64,000 nt of DNA from Bdellovibrionales bacterium (GTDB lineage: Bacteria > Bdellovibrionota > Bdellovibrionia > Bdellovibrionales > UBA1609). Where the stretch lies: NCBI GenBank assembly GCA_965197855.1, contig OZ240230.1, positions 64,153 through 128,152 of the forward strand. Reading direction: 5' to 3'. Positions within the stretch are counted from its first letter, which is position 1. Every line of letters begins with the position of its first letter. The notes beneath the pieces were generated by a model that made no database searches, was not told the DNA's origin, and worked only from the letters and a program-made list of their open reading frames with translations. The position numbers were made by a program, and so were the translations under genes. Shown in pieces: positions 18,710 to 29,100 of the stretch.

Positions 18710-19213
18710 ATGTACAATAATAGGTCAGAGATGAATTATTACTTAAAAAGTTTTAAATCTGCAGAGGCAAAAGGTATTGGCCTGTCTGAGGGGTCTCCAT
18801 TAAGAGGGCCTTTTAATAAGAAACAGGTTTTGCAGTTTCTATTTAGAAATTGGGTGGATGCAAATACGGAGCTATTAAAGTCTAATAAGTGGAAAAAATT
18901 ATCTACTTACTTTGGTTTGTTTTCTGAAGATGTAAAGTGTTCCTGGACTTTATTAAAGAGACATAAAGGGGACTTTGTGCAAACAGGACCTTACAGTCGG
19001 GAGGGGATCCAAACTTTGCTGAGAAAGGGTTTTTTGTCGGATCAGGACTTTGTATGGAAAGAGGGTTTTTCATCATGGAAGAGAATTTCTCTTTGTTCTG
19101 AGTTTCATACTCGCATAGAGGGAGCTTTAGAGGATTTTATGGATCAGGAGTTTTTAAAATCCAAAGCTTCCCCTGAGACTCTTGTGTATAAAAGGAAATC
19201 TCCTAGTATATAA
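18710..19213 (+). CDS. GYF_2 (DUF4339)-domain protein
   Basis: 167 aa. The C-terminal segment GPYSREGIQTLLRKGFLSDQDFVWKEGFSSWKRI matches the GYF_2 pattern (GP...L...G.I...T.VW..G...W). Confidence 0.55.
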   Translation: MYNNRSEMNYYLKSFKSAEAKGIGLSEGSPLRGPFNKKQVLQFLFRNWVDANTELLKSNKWKKLSTYFGLFSEDVKCSWTLLKRHKGDFVQTGPYSREGIQTLLRKGFLSDQDFVWKEGFSSWKRISLCSEFHTRIEGALEDFMDQEFLKSKASPETLVYKRKSPSI

Positions 19214-19216
19214 GGT

Positions 19217-19312
19217 GGATTCCTGCGAAAGCGGGAATCCAGTCAATCTTGGCTCAACGTTTTTGGTTGGCACCTCAACCGCCTCGCTCCTGCGAAAGCA
19301 GGAATCCGGTCA
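19217..19312 (-). repeat. Family A repeat, long form with hairpins at both ends (A3)
   Basis: ggattcctgcgaaagcgggaatcc ... cttggctcaacgtttttggttggcacctcaaccgcctcgctcctgcgaaagcaggaatcc. Confidence 0.85.
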
Positions 19313-19377
19313 TAAAAAAATAAGTGACTTAACTTCTTTGTGTTTATAGGATTACAATTTGTATTTGGAGTAAAGAT

Positions 19378-21021
19378 ATGGAGAAGATAAAACAGGATTT
19401 AGCTCAAGTTCTCTTTCCTTTGCTTTCTATCGATACAACTCAAATTATTTCTTTAATTAAAAAACCAAAGAAAAGACAATGGGGGCTTTTGTCTCTTCCT
19501 GTATTTTCTTTGAGTTCAAATCCGGCTCAATTAGCTCAGGATTTATCACAAAAAATTCAAGCGGAGTTTATTTCTGACACAACTGTTGTGGGCGGATTTT
19601 TAAATTTTCATTTTCACTCTCATTATTTACAGAAGATCTTCAATCAAACGTTTTCAGGAGATTCTTGGTGGTCTTCCACAAAAGGAAAAGGACAAACATG
19701 GGTGGTGGATTACTCTTCCCCCAATGTAGCAAAATATATGAATGTGGGTCATTTAAGGGCCACAGCGATTGGTCAGTCTTTGGTGAATATGGCTCGAGCT
19801 CAGGGCTATAAAGTTATTGCTTTAAATCATTTGGGAGACTGGGGAACTCAATTTGGCAAACTTATTGTAGCTTATCAAAAATGGGGTTCTGAGATTTCCT
19901 TATCTCACCTGGTGGACTTATATGTGAGATTTCATAAGGAGGCGGATGAACCTTTAAATCAACAAGCCAGACAAGTTTTTAAGGAAATGGAAGAGGGCAA
20001 GCATTTGGATCTATGGTCTTCTTTTGTGAAAACATCTATGCAAAACTATGACATTTTGTGGAAAAGACTGGGTGTTCAGCATGATTTGGTGCAGGGGGAG
20101 TCTTTTTATAGAGACAAAACCAAATCTGTTGAGGAGTTATTGAAGAAAAAAAATCTTTTGGAAAAAAGTGAAGGAGCTTTAGTTGTCTTTATAGGAGAGG
20201 GCCCTCCCTGTTTAATTAGAAAGGGGGATGGGGCTTCCACTTATGCTTGTCGTGATTTGGCTAGTGTATTTTATCGTTTTGAGAACTTGAAAGTTCAAAA
20301 AAATATTTATGTAACCGGGGTCGATCATACTTTGCACTTTAGGCAGTTAAAAAAAGTTTTGGAAAAGATTGATTTGAAATGGGCTAAAAACACTATTCAT
20401 CTTCCTTTTGGAATGTATCGTTTTAAAGGAAAAGGCAAGCTGTCATCCAGGAAGGGACAAAGTGTTTCTTTATCAGATTTAATGGATCAATCTGTTTCTA
20501 TGGTGTTGAATATTATTAAAGAAAAAAATCCTTCATTGAAAAATAAAGAAGAGGTGGCGGAAAGTGTAGGGATTGGAGCATTGGTTTTTAATGATTTAAT
20601 GAATGATAGAGTCAGGGATGTGGATTTCTCCTGGGATAAAATCCTGGATTTTGAAGGGGACTCCGGGCCCTATATTCAGTATTGTCATGTCCGCTGTGTC
20701 AGTGTGATGCAAAAAGCAGGACTTAAAGAGGAATGGAGTGACTTACCCATTCAAAATGAATTAGAAGATTTGGAGTTGAGATTGATGGAGGTGTTGTTGG
20801 ACTTTGAAAGCAAGCTATCTCAGGCTTTTAACAAATATAGCCCTCATATTTTAGCTAGTTATTTATTGGATTTATGCAGAATATTTAATCAATTTTATGC
20901 AAAATATAGAATTATTGATTCACCAAATATGTTGTTTCGTGCGGGACTGGTAAAAGCCGTCAGAAGAGTTTTAAATCGAGGGCTTTGGTTGTTGAATATT
21001 AAATCTCCTTTATCTATGTAA
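19378..21021 (+). CDS. argS: Arginine--tRNA ligase
   Basis: 547 aa with SSPNVAKYMNVGHLR (the HIGH-region equivalent of ArgRS), GDWGTQFG and a C-terminal anticodon-binding helical domain ending in M. Confidence 0.9.
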   Translation: MEKIKQDLAQVLFPLLSIDTTQIISLIKKPKKRQWGLLSLPVFSLSSNPAQLAQDLSQKIQAEFISDTTVVGGFLNFHFHSHYLQKIFNQTFSGDSWWSSTKGKGQTWVVDYSSPNVAKYMNVGHLRATAIGQSLVNMARAQGYKVIALNHLGDWGTQFGKLIVAYQKWGSEISLSHLVDLYVRFHKEADEPLNQQARQVFKEMEEGKHLDLWSSFVKTSMQNYDILWKRLGVQHDLVQGESFYRDKTKSVEELLKKKNLLEKSEGALVVFIGEGPPCLIRKGDGASTYACRDLASVFYRFENLKVQKNIYVTGVDHTLHFRQLKKVLEKIDLKWAKNTIHLPFGMYRFKGKGKLSSRKGQSVSLSDLMDQSVSMVLNIIKEKNPSLKNKEEVAESVGIGALVFNDLMNDRVRDVDFSWDKILDFEGDSGPYIQYCHVRCVSVMQKAGLKEEWSDLPIQNELEDLELRLMEVLLDFESKLSQAFNKYSPHILASYLLDLCRIFNQFYAKYRIIDSPNMLFRAGLVKAVRRVLNRGLWLLNIKSPLSM

Positions 21022-21072
21022 AAATACAATTTACATACATGAGTATATTATGAGGAATAGGAAAATGAAGAG

Positions 21073-22131
21073 ATGAATTTAAAGACTGTTCGTTATGGTG
21101 AACACGAAAGTGTTCATTTTTATTCTGATGAGTCCGTAGGGCTTTTTGCGATTATTGCTATACATACTACTTTTTCCGGCTGTAGTTTAGGCGGCTGTCG
21201 TATAAAATCATTTGCTTCAGAAAAAAAAGCTGTTCAAGAGGTATTGCGTCTTTCAGAACATATGACGTATAAATCTTTGCTTTGTGATTTGAAGATGGGA
21301 GGGGGGAAATCAGTTATTGTCGCCGTTCCTGGTTTTAAAAAAACTCCTCAACTGCTCAAGTCTTTTGCCAATGCTGTTAATTCCTTGGGAGGACAGTATA
21401 TTGTGTCTGTGGATATGGGCAGTGACTCAGAAGATATGGAGTTTATTAAGAAAACGACCAATCATGTTATTGGCTATGATCAGAAAAAAGGAGGAGCGGG
21501 GGATCCTGGTGTGTATACTGCCCGGGGTGTCCTAGTAGGGATGAGAATAGCTCTTCAGGAAAAATATTCCACATCCTCTTTTAAGGGGCGAAAAGTTTGT
21601 GTTGTAGGGATTGGAGATGTGGGCAGACCTTTATGTCAGCAGTTGATGGAAGAGGGAGCTCAATTAGTGGTATCAGATATTGATCAGAAACAGATCGATT
21701 GGATCAAAGAGCATGGAGAGGTGGAAGTGGTAGAACCGGAGAAAGCTCATCAAGTGCATTGTGATATTTTTTCTCCTTGTGCCGCAGGGGATGTGTTTAC
21801 AGAAGAGAAAGTCAAAGAGTTGAACTGCCATGTGATTGCTGGTGCGGCCAACAATCAACTGACTTCTGAAGAAGAAGGGAAAGCTTTATTTCAAAGGGGT
21901 ATTTTATATTTGCCAGATTTTGCAGTGAATGCCGGAGGCCTTGTAGGAGTTGTGCTGGGAGGCATTAGAAAAAAAAATATGGAAGAAACTTATAAAAAAG
22001 TGGATGATATTGGGGAGCTTATTCGGGATATTCTTCAGGAGTCTAAAAAGCAGAAAAAACCTACCAGTCAGGTGGCCTTGGAAATGGCTCGTAAAAAATA
22101 TAATATTATGTATTCCAAAACACGTTTATAA
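21073..22131 (+). CDS. Leu/Phe/Val-type amino-acid dehydrogenase (Glu/Leu/Phe/Val dehydrogenase family)
   Basis: 352 aa with the catalytic-Lys region LKMGGGKSVI and Rossmann motif VVGIGDVGRPL. The size and layout match leucine or phenylalanine dehydrogenases. Confidence 0.8.
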   Translation: MNLKTVRYGEHESVHFYSDESVGLFAIIAIHTTFSGCSLGGCRIKSFASEKKAVQEVLRLSEHMTYKSLLCDLKMGGGKSVIVAVPGFKKTPQLLKSFANAVNSLGGQYIVSVDMGSDSEDMEFIKKTTNHVIGYDQKKGGAGDPGVYTARGVLVGMRIALQEKYSTSSFKGRKVCVVGIGDVGRPLCQQLMEEGAQLVVSDIDQKQIDWIKEHGEVEVVEPEKAHQVHCDIFSPCAAGDVFTEEKVKELNCHVIAGAANNQLTSEEEGKALFQRGILYLPDFAVNAGGLVGVVLGGIRKKNMEETYKKVDDIGELIRDILQESKKQKKPTSQVALEMARKKYNIMYSKTRL

Positions 22132-22150
22132 CTTTTTTTACATGTGAAAG

Positions 22151-22852
22151 GTGAAAGAAATGAAATGGATATACTCATATAGATATTACTTAATAGGCGT
22201 AGCAGGTGTTTGCGTTCTGGCAGGCTTGTCTTATTGGGGATGGGGTCTTTATTTACAAAAGCAAAATGAGCAAGCGGAGACAGCTCTTTATCCTTTTCGC
22301 TTTCGTTTAATAGAGGCAGAAAAAAAAGCAGGGGGTGAGTTGCTCAGTTCCCGTTCTTTGTTTCAAGAAAAAAAAGCTGATTTTGAATCTGTTTCTAAAG
22401 AAGTGGAGAGTTATAAAAACTTTTTGATGTCTCAAAACACAGCTCGGCCGGCTCATTTAATTTCAGCTATTGAACTTGCTTCTTTTCTTATTAAATATGA
22501 AAAACAAGATAGTGCTTTAAGTCTTTTGGATTTTGTACGTATGAAATCCTTTTCTCGCTCTAACTGGCTTTATTCTGTTTTATTGATTCAACTGGGTACT
22601 TTGTTTATGGACAAAGGGGACTTTACAAGAGCTATTGATTTGTTTTCAGAAGTTTTATCCTTTAAAAGCGCCAGGCCTTTTTATCAGGAGATCTTATTAA
22701 AAACAGCTCTTTGTTATGAATCTATAGGGGAGCTTGAAAAATCTTCTGATATTTATAATGAAATTCGTCAAAATAAAAATGCAGGGCTTTACAAAGAAAG
22801 GGCTCTTCATTATGATCGTCTTTTTCGATTAAAGAAAAAGTTGGGGAAGTAG
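22151..22852 (+). CDS. YfgM-like membrane-anchored TPR protein
   Basis: 233 aa with one N-terminal TM helix (YLIGVAGVCVLAGLSYWGWGLYL) and a TPR-like C-terminus. It lies directly upstream of bamB, as yfgM-bamB does in proteobacteria. Confidence 0.5.
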   Translation: MKEMKWIYSYRYYLIGVAGVCVLAGLSYWGWGLYLQKQNEQAETALYPFRFRLIEAEKKAGGELLSSRSLFQEKKADFESVSKEVESYKNFLMSQNTARPAHLISAIELASFLIKYEKQDSALSLLDFVRMKSFSRSNWLYSVLLIQLGTLFMDKGDFTRAIDLFSEVLSFKSARPFYQEILLKTALCYESIGELEKSSDIYNEIRQNKNAGLYKERALHYDRLFRLKKKLGK

Positions 22853-23944
22853 ATGATATTTAGATTGGTTTTATTATTTTTGTTGTTGGGCTGTCAGCAT
22901 ATAGCTCAAAAGGAGCCGGGTTGGTTGAGAAAAGAGTGGATTGTCAATACTCTTTCTGAACCTTATTTAAAAACAAAAATCCTTCAAAAAACAAAATCCA
23001 TTTTAACTCAAAACCTGGTTGTACAAGGAGATTCTTTGTATGGAGTGCGGGCTTATAGCCGGGACAGCGGCAACCTTCAATGGTTTTTTGCTGTTACTGG
23101 AGGTGTTGAAGGGGGCTTGGCTGTTGATAAAGAACGTTTGGTTTTCGGAGGTTCGGACGGCTTCTTTTATTGTTTGGAACTTAAAACAGGTGTCTTACTT
23201 TGGAAGTTTTATACAGGCTCTGAAAATTTAGGCGAGCCTTCTGTTTCCAATGGTCATGTGTACTTTTTAACATCAAAAGAAAAAGTTTATGCCTTGAGCA
23301 TTCGAACTGGAAAGCTTATTTGGGTGCATCGCCCTCAAAATATTGCTCCTTTAAGTATTCGAGGGGTCAGTCGTCCTTTTGTGGATGCTCAAAGAGTTTA
23401 TGTGGGCTTTAGTGATGGCACTGTCTCTGCTTTAAATAGAAAAACTGGTCAGTGGATATGGAAAGTTTCTCTTGCTAAAGGTAAGGAGAGGTTTAAAGAT
23501 GTAGACGCCAGCCCTATTGTTAGAGGAAACCTGCTTTATGTGTCCAGTTTTGACGGGGGTCTTTTTTGTTTAAATAAAATAACAGGGAAGACAGTTTGGA
23601 GAAATAAAAAGGGAAGTTATTTTGCTCCTTCTATTGAGGGTAAGAGGTTATATTATGCTTCTACTAATTCTGAGATTTTAGCTCTCAACCGTTTGTCAGG
23701 AAAAATTCTTTGGAAGAAAAAAATTAAAGGCTTAGCTACAAGGCCTGTTATTTATCAGTCGTTTTTGTTATACGGGCTTTCTACAGGTCCTTTTCATATT
23801 ATTGATAAACAAGACGGCTCTTTGTCTTATAAGTTGAATATGTTTCGAGGTGTTTCTGCTGAGCCTGTTTTAGATTCTACTTTAAAAGAACTATACGTCA
23901 TGTCTATTGAGGCCTGGTTGTACAAGTTTGCTCTTCTATTTTAA
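22853..23944 (+). CDS. bamB: BamB-like outer-membrane assembly lipoprotein (PQQ-like beta-propeller)
   Basis: 363 aa with lipobox LLLGC-Q and repeated propeller blades with the G..Y.....G.L.W pattern (GKLIWVH, GQWIWKV, GKTVWRN, GKILWKK). Confidence 0.7.
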   Translation: MIFRLVLLFLLLGCQHIAQKEPGWLRKEWIVNTLSEPYLKTKILQKTKSILTQNLVVQGDSLYGVRAYSRDSGNLQWFFAVTGGVEGGLAVDKERLVFGGSDGFFYCLELKTGVLLWKFYTGSENLGEPSVSNGHVYFLTSKEKVYALSIRTGKLIWVHRPQNIAPLSIRGVSRPFVDAQRVYVGFSDGTVSALNRKTGQWIWKVSLAKGKERFKDVDASPIVRGNLLYVSSFDGGLFCLNKITGKTVWRNKKGSYFAPSIEGKRLYYASTNSEILALNRLSGKILWKKKIKGLATRPVIYQSFLLYGLSTGPFHIIDKQDGSLSYKLNMFRGVSAEPVLDSTLKELYVMSIEAWLYKFALLF

Positions 23945-23953
23945 TTGTACTGT

Positions 23954-24006
23954 ATTCCTGCTTTCGCATCACACGTCATCCCCGCGAAGGCGGGGATCCA
24001 GTCATA
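23954..24006. repeat. Family A repeat, short composite (A4), just after bamB and upstream of the Cys-rich operon
   Basis: attcctgctttcgca + acacgtcatccccgcgaaggcggggatccagtc. Confidence 0.8.
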
Positions 24007-24108
24007 TACCCTTTGGATTTACAGTCCAATCGTATCAATTTAGTACAAAAGGCTTAATATTGTTTGAAAAATTTGTATTTTTTCTGTGAGAAGTGGATAA
24101 TTATTGGA

Positions 24109-24173
24109 ATTCTTTTGTCTTCACGGATGTGAGAGGCTTGTTATCTTATTGTGGAGTGACAAGACAAAAGAAT
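24109..24173 (+). promoter_or_regulatory. Long inverted repeat about 80 nt upstream of the Cys-rich operon (candidate operator or leader hairpin)
   Basis: The left arm attcttttgtcttcac (24109-24124) pairs with the right arm gtgaCAagacaaaagaat (24156-24173). That is 12 perfect bp plus 4 more after a 2-nt bulge, around a 31-nt loop. Confidence 0.3.
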
Positions 24174-24250
24174 ATTTGAAACATAACCTTATATAAGGTG
24201 GGTATTGTTAAAATCATGAAGATTACAAGAATTCACAAAGTATTTGCTAA

Positions 24251-26098
24251 ATGGATTTTAAAGATACGAGAAGGTATATGTTTCGATTCAGAAGTTACAT
24301 AGGCTCCAAAAAAGGAAGCCTTGTTTTGTCTTTAGTTGCTTCAGCTACTGTAGCGGCAACTATTGTAGCCACTCATCAGGTGGCGCAACGTTTTGCCAGT
24401 GGAGCTGTAGGAGCTTTCAATCAACAGCAAGCTTATGTACTCGCCCAAAAATCTCTGGCTGTCGCGGGCCTCATGGTCAATAGAAACGTCATTCTTTGCT
24501 CGAATATACCAAAGGGGGCGGGAGGTAGAGCAGTTGGCTGTAATTGGAAAGAACCTTTAGCGGATGATAGTTTAGCAAGAGAACTTTATAATTCTTTAAA
24601 ACTAGATACTACATGGTTTAATGTGGGGAATAATATTGATAATAATAACCATGATGCTTATGCTCAATATTATCTAACACTTAAAAATCCTAAAGAGAAC
24701 TACCTTGGTTCTGTTTTTAAAAATGCGGAAGTGACCTGGGCTTTAAGGAGTTTAAAAGATACGAACCTTCGTTCTATTTCCGGGGCTTTCAGCAAAGGGT
24801 ATACTTGTCGAAATGTAAATACTTTTGATGTGATTGAGGAAGGTTATTGTGACTTAATGGATGAAGATAGATCAGATGAAGAAAAGTTCTCGGGCATGTT
24901 GAGCAACCTCGATAGCCATCTTTTAAGTGATGAAAATAAAAAATGTAGAACAGTAGACACCACTAGTGATAATAAGATTGATAAAGATGATGATGTTAAC
25001 GATTCAAGGAATGATGATAGTGTTTGCGATTATTATGCGCATTCGGATGGGGACACTGCGATTGTGTTTATCAGTGTCAAGGTGCCTTATCAAGTGTCAG
25101 ATGCTGAAGAAGAGGGATCCAAAAATTTAATTGTAAATGCGGCCATTCGAAGACCTATGTCTATTATTAAAACTCAGATTAAAGAGGATTCTTCTATGTG
25201 TCCTGTTAGCTGTATAATAGCCAAGCGCACGAATATGGGCTCTTCAAATGTTGATTTTCCGGAGTGTGCAGGTTTTGCTTCCGGCAATCAAAATGGAGAA
25301 CAATATTTTTCGGATAATATTCATACTGTTGAAACCAAACTGAAGCTTAAAAATTATGGACCGGGTGTTTTATATGGCATTAGCTTATTAAAAGAGGATA
25401 TTGATCCCAGAACAGGTCTTCTTTTAGGAAGAAGTATGGTGAGTTTCCAAGATTCAGATCCTTCTTCTCTTGCAGATACTCCTTTAGAACCGGCTCATTT
25501 AACAACAAACCCACCGGATGTTGAAGAGGGGGTGAGAGTGCTTGCACACCATACTCCTTGTTATTCTTCCAACTTTTACAAACCAAATCTTCAACGTATA
25601 ACCTGTGATTGTGAGCTGAATCCTCCTGATCCTCCTGATCCCACCACAGGTTCCAAAAATACTGCAAATGGAGTGATTTGCATGAAGGGAACATCCGTTT
25701 GTGCCGGCAAAAATATTTTTGTCAGTAATGTCCCAGGTGTCTTGCAGGATGATTCTACAACGCAGGACGCTCGCAACAGTTTAAGTGGTTGTTTTCATGC
25801 TCCGGGTACATTGGAAGATCTTCCAACTCTTTCCAATGCTGTAGTTACTGCATTTGAAAAACCATGTATAGACGCAACAGACTGTCAGTTTACTCGTATT
25901 GATAATGATCAGATTAGCACTACAAAAGAATCATGGTGTGGAAATGATTATGTCGGAAATGACCCTTCTACAAAACCTACAGGAAGAGAACTTCGCCCTA
26001 CAGACGAAACACAAGTGGCGTTTCCTGACCCTGTGGAATCGACGGTTTTTTCAGCGGCTAACCAAGCTGATATACCTTTAACTACACCTAGCCCTTAA
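24251..26098 (+). CDS. Large secreted/anchored Cys-containing protein with a PilX_N-like (minor-pilin-like) N-terminus; operon gene 1
   Basis: 615-aa ORF. The N-terminus KKGSLVLSLVASATVAATIVATHQVAQRF...QQQAYVLAQKSLAVAG resembles the hydrophobic helix plus A..AE.G pattern of PilX/GspK-type N-termini, but it lacks Glu+5. An AAGG lies 3-4 nt upstream of the ATG at 24278 (MFRFRSY), which is the more likely start. The rest is D/N/S/T-rich with many Cys and a PPDPPDP tract. Confidence 0.6.
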   Translation: MDFKDTRRYMFRFRSYIGSKKGSLVLSLVASATVAATIVATHQVAQRFASGAVGAFNQQQAYVLAQKSLAVAGLMVNRNVILCSNIPKGAGGRAVGCNWKEPLADDSLARELYNSLKLDTTWFNVGNNIDNNNHDAYAQYYLTLKNPKENYLGSVFKNAEVTWALRSLKDTNLRSISGAFSKGYTCRNVNTFDVIEEGYCDLMDEDRSDEEKFSGMLSNLDSHLLSDENKKCRTVDTTSDNKIDKDDDVNDSRNDDSVCDYYAHSDGDTAIVFISVKVPYQVSDAEEEGSKNLIVNAAIRRPMSIIKTQIKEDSSMCPVSCIIAKRTNMGSSNVDFPECAGFASGNQNGEQYFSDNIHTVETKLKLKNYGPGVLYGISLLKEDIDPRTGLLLGRSMVSFQDSDPSSLADTPLEPAHLTTNPPDVEEGVRVLAHHTPCYSSNFYKPNLQRITCDCELNPPDPPDPTTGSKNTANGVICMKGTSVCAGKNIFVSNVPGVLQDDSTTQDARNSLSGCFHAPGTLEDLPTLSNAVVTAFEKPCIDATDCQFTRIDNDQISTTKESWCGNDYVGNDPSTKPTGRELRPTDETQVAFPDPVESTVFSAANQADIPLTTPSP

Positions 26099-26116
26099 GG
26101 AACTTGGAGAAAGGAT

Positions 26117-29100
26117 ATGAAAGAGATTTTATGGATGAAAAAGATTAGAAATATTTTTATAATTTTTTTATTTTTGTTTGAGTTTTCTGTATTTTCAGTA
26201 CCTGGAATTAATTCGACCGCAATTTGTCGAGCTATATTCAATAGAGTCGGTATGTCATGCAATCAAATAAGTTATACATTTGATCCACACTTGAAATGTC
26301 TATGTGATGGGAATGAGGTAAATAATAACCCCACTTCTTCCTGTCCGTCAGGATCAACTTATGTGAAAAGACCCATTCCTATTACTTCTTCTTATAGTAT
26401 TAGTTGTGATTTCAAATCCTATCATAGGGGTAAGGACACTCATGAATCTGCATATCCATCATCTACGGATAGAAGTGAACCCCTACGTAGTTGTAAGGCT
26501 AATTTGAATGTAGAAAAAAGTCTTTTATCAAACTCAATATATTGTGGCCAACATACAGGAACTAATGTGCCTTTAACGCTTCAGACAGTTTGTCCTTATA
26601 ATGATTTACAACAATGTAAAGATGAGTTGATAAATATGATTGAGGGGCGTGTGACATTCAAACCTGGTGAAGTAGTAAGCAGGAATAGTAGTTGCTGTAA
26701 AAAGCAATGGAATCACTGTACTTTTGCAACTAATTATTATCGGAATAATGGATCCCTTGTGGATAATATTTGTACTAAAAAACTGTATGATAGAACAACG
26801 AACCTTCCAGTACATGATTTATTTATTCCTAATAATAAGCTAGATCGTATTGTATTAGCTTCAGAGAACGGGCCGTTTGCAGATATGCAATGTATTTCAG
26901 ATAATATTAAATATGAAGATATGTGCGTATGTAATAATGGTAATTATGAATTTGAGTTAGGGCAAGACTTTACTTGTGAATGCTGTGGGGGAGTGGATAG
27001 GGATCCAAATACTGGAAATTGTCTTCCTCCTCCTCCTGGATCTCCTTGTTGTAATATTCCTGTTGGTACATCAAATTTTATAGGAACGGAGATTAATCCC
27101 CCAATTACAGCTCCTGGATCCTGTCGTTGTAAGTGTCCTAATGCCGGTATGGAACAGACTAGTTTTCTAGTTTCAAATACTGCAACAGCCTGTCCGACTA
27201 CCCCTCCAGCAGAGTGTATCATTAATGATAAATGTCCTGATGAGCCTAATTGGAACACCTCTGATCCAACGAATTCACCCATACATCCTTTTGTGACATC
27301 AAAGCCAGGACAAATAAATAATGCAGATAGGTGTAAAAATATTGGTGGATTATTTGTAAATACAGGAGTGGGATTTTGTGAGATGGATGCAATTTGTGAA
27401 CCAGATGTTGATGATATCGCATGCTCTTCTGGGACAGAAGAAACTATTCATGGTAAATGTCAAGAGGTAGGAGTAATGCAGAAAGTATGTCTGTATGGGA
27501 GTCACATTACTCCAGGTGATGGTAATAGTAACGATGACTGCCCGGATGGCTGGATAGAGGAAAAGGTTTATGGTCAACATACAGTATGTATGAGCATAGA
27601 GAGTGCTATAATACGTGGTACAATAGCCATGGTTATTACTCCTCCTGCTTCCTCTGAGATAACAGCTCCTCCTTGTCAGGGCAGGCTTATCAGATTTCCT
27701 TATGTAAAGTTAGATACTGCTAATCCTTACCCACCCTGCAGTCCCGGTAAAGAGAAGATAACACTAGATCCCCTATATTCTTCACTTGTGGTAGCATCAA
27801 GGGAAGTATGTAGTGATCCTATTTCTAGCAATGGAATTCCTAATATTATACCGGGTTCATATATTTGTAATATAGGAGCTCCGAGTTCTCTGAATGATAG
27901 CTGTGAGTGTAAAACTTCAAAACCTGGGCAGGTTTGTCCTGCCACACACGATAGAACAAGTGACAGTATGGGATTAGGCAGTTGTGATTGTCTTGATTCC
28001 ACTTGGACTAACAACTCAGGTACTTGCTCTAAAACTCCTTCTGGCTCTGCTGGTCTTACTTTATATACTAACTATTGGCAGAGTACAGGATCGAAAATAA
28101 CCCCGGCCAGTCTCAATCCTATATATGCACACATGCCAGAACCTCCAGGTCCTGCTACATATGCAGAGGCTATAGCAGATAATTGGGGTTGTTTTTCGGT
28201 CCCACCTTCTGATGTAATGGGGCTACCAGGATTACCTTGGATTGGGAATCCTCAACCAGCTTATACCTGTTGGAAAGATACAAAGTCGTGTCCGGATGGA
28301 GGGACATACAATGTCGGCCCACCAGAAGTGTGCGAGATGCCTTGTACTCAGCAAAATGATCCGATTAATTGCAGATGTGTGAAAGACATTACCAGCTGTG
28401 AATGTGACACAGGTGGAGGTTGGTTCGCTCATGGCAGTAAATGTAGGAAACAAGCTAATAATCCTTCTCCTAGATTATGTACTTGTGAGTGTTATTCGCC
28501 TTCGCAAGACCTAAATATGAATTTTTCCCCTGGAGATTTGCTCACGAAGAGGATGTATGAAGCAATCAGCAATGACATTCTAGCAAATCCAACAAACCCA
28601 ACGATTTGTACTGAGGATACCTCAGGTGGGGACTGTGATCCAGTGGATTCTTGTTGTCATCAAGGGGTATGTCATGCTTCCTGTCCCGTTATTACACCTG
28701 ATAACGTGTGTTGCAAAAATTGCCTTGATGGAAGTCCAATACCAGCACCTCCAGGTGGTTGTTGCCCCAATGGAACGGCTATTGCTGATTTAAAGAATTG
28801 CTCATCAGGAGTTCATATTGGGGGCAATCCTATGGGGATTGATATAGCCTTTGGCTCCAATAATTCCGCCTCTATTTATTCAGTTTATTCTACAGGCTCT
28901 ATGGACAGACCGGATTATATTTGTTGGATGAATGATCCTAATGGAAGCTCTACCAGAGTGCAAAAAAGAGACCTGCTTTGCCCTCCTCAAGAGGACTGTG
29001 GTGGAGGGGCTAGAGATGTCAGTACACAACAATGGTGTCAGTGCCAGGGTTTGAATGCTTCCGATGAATTATTTAATGTAGATAATACCTACTGTGAATA

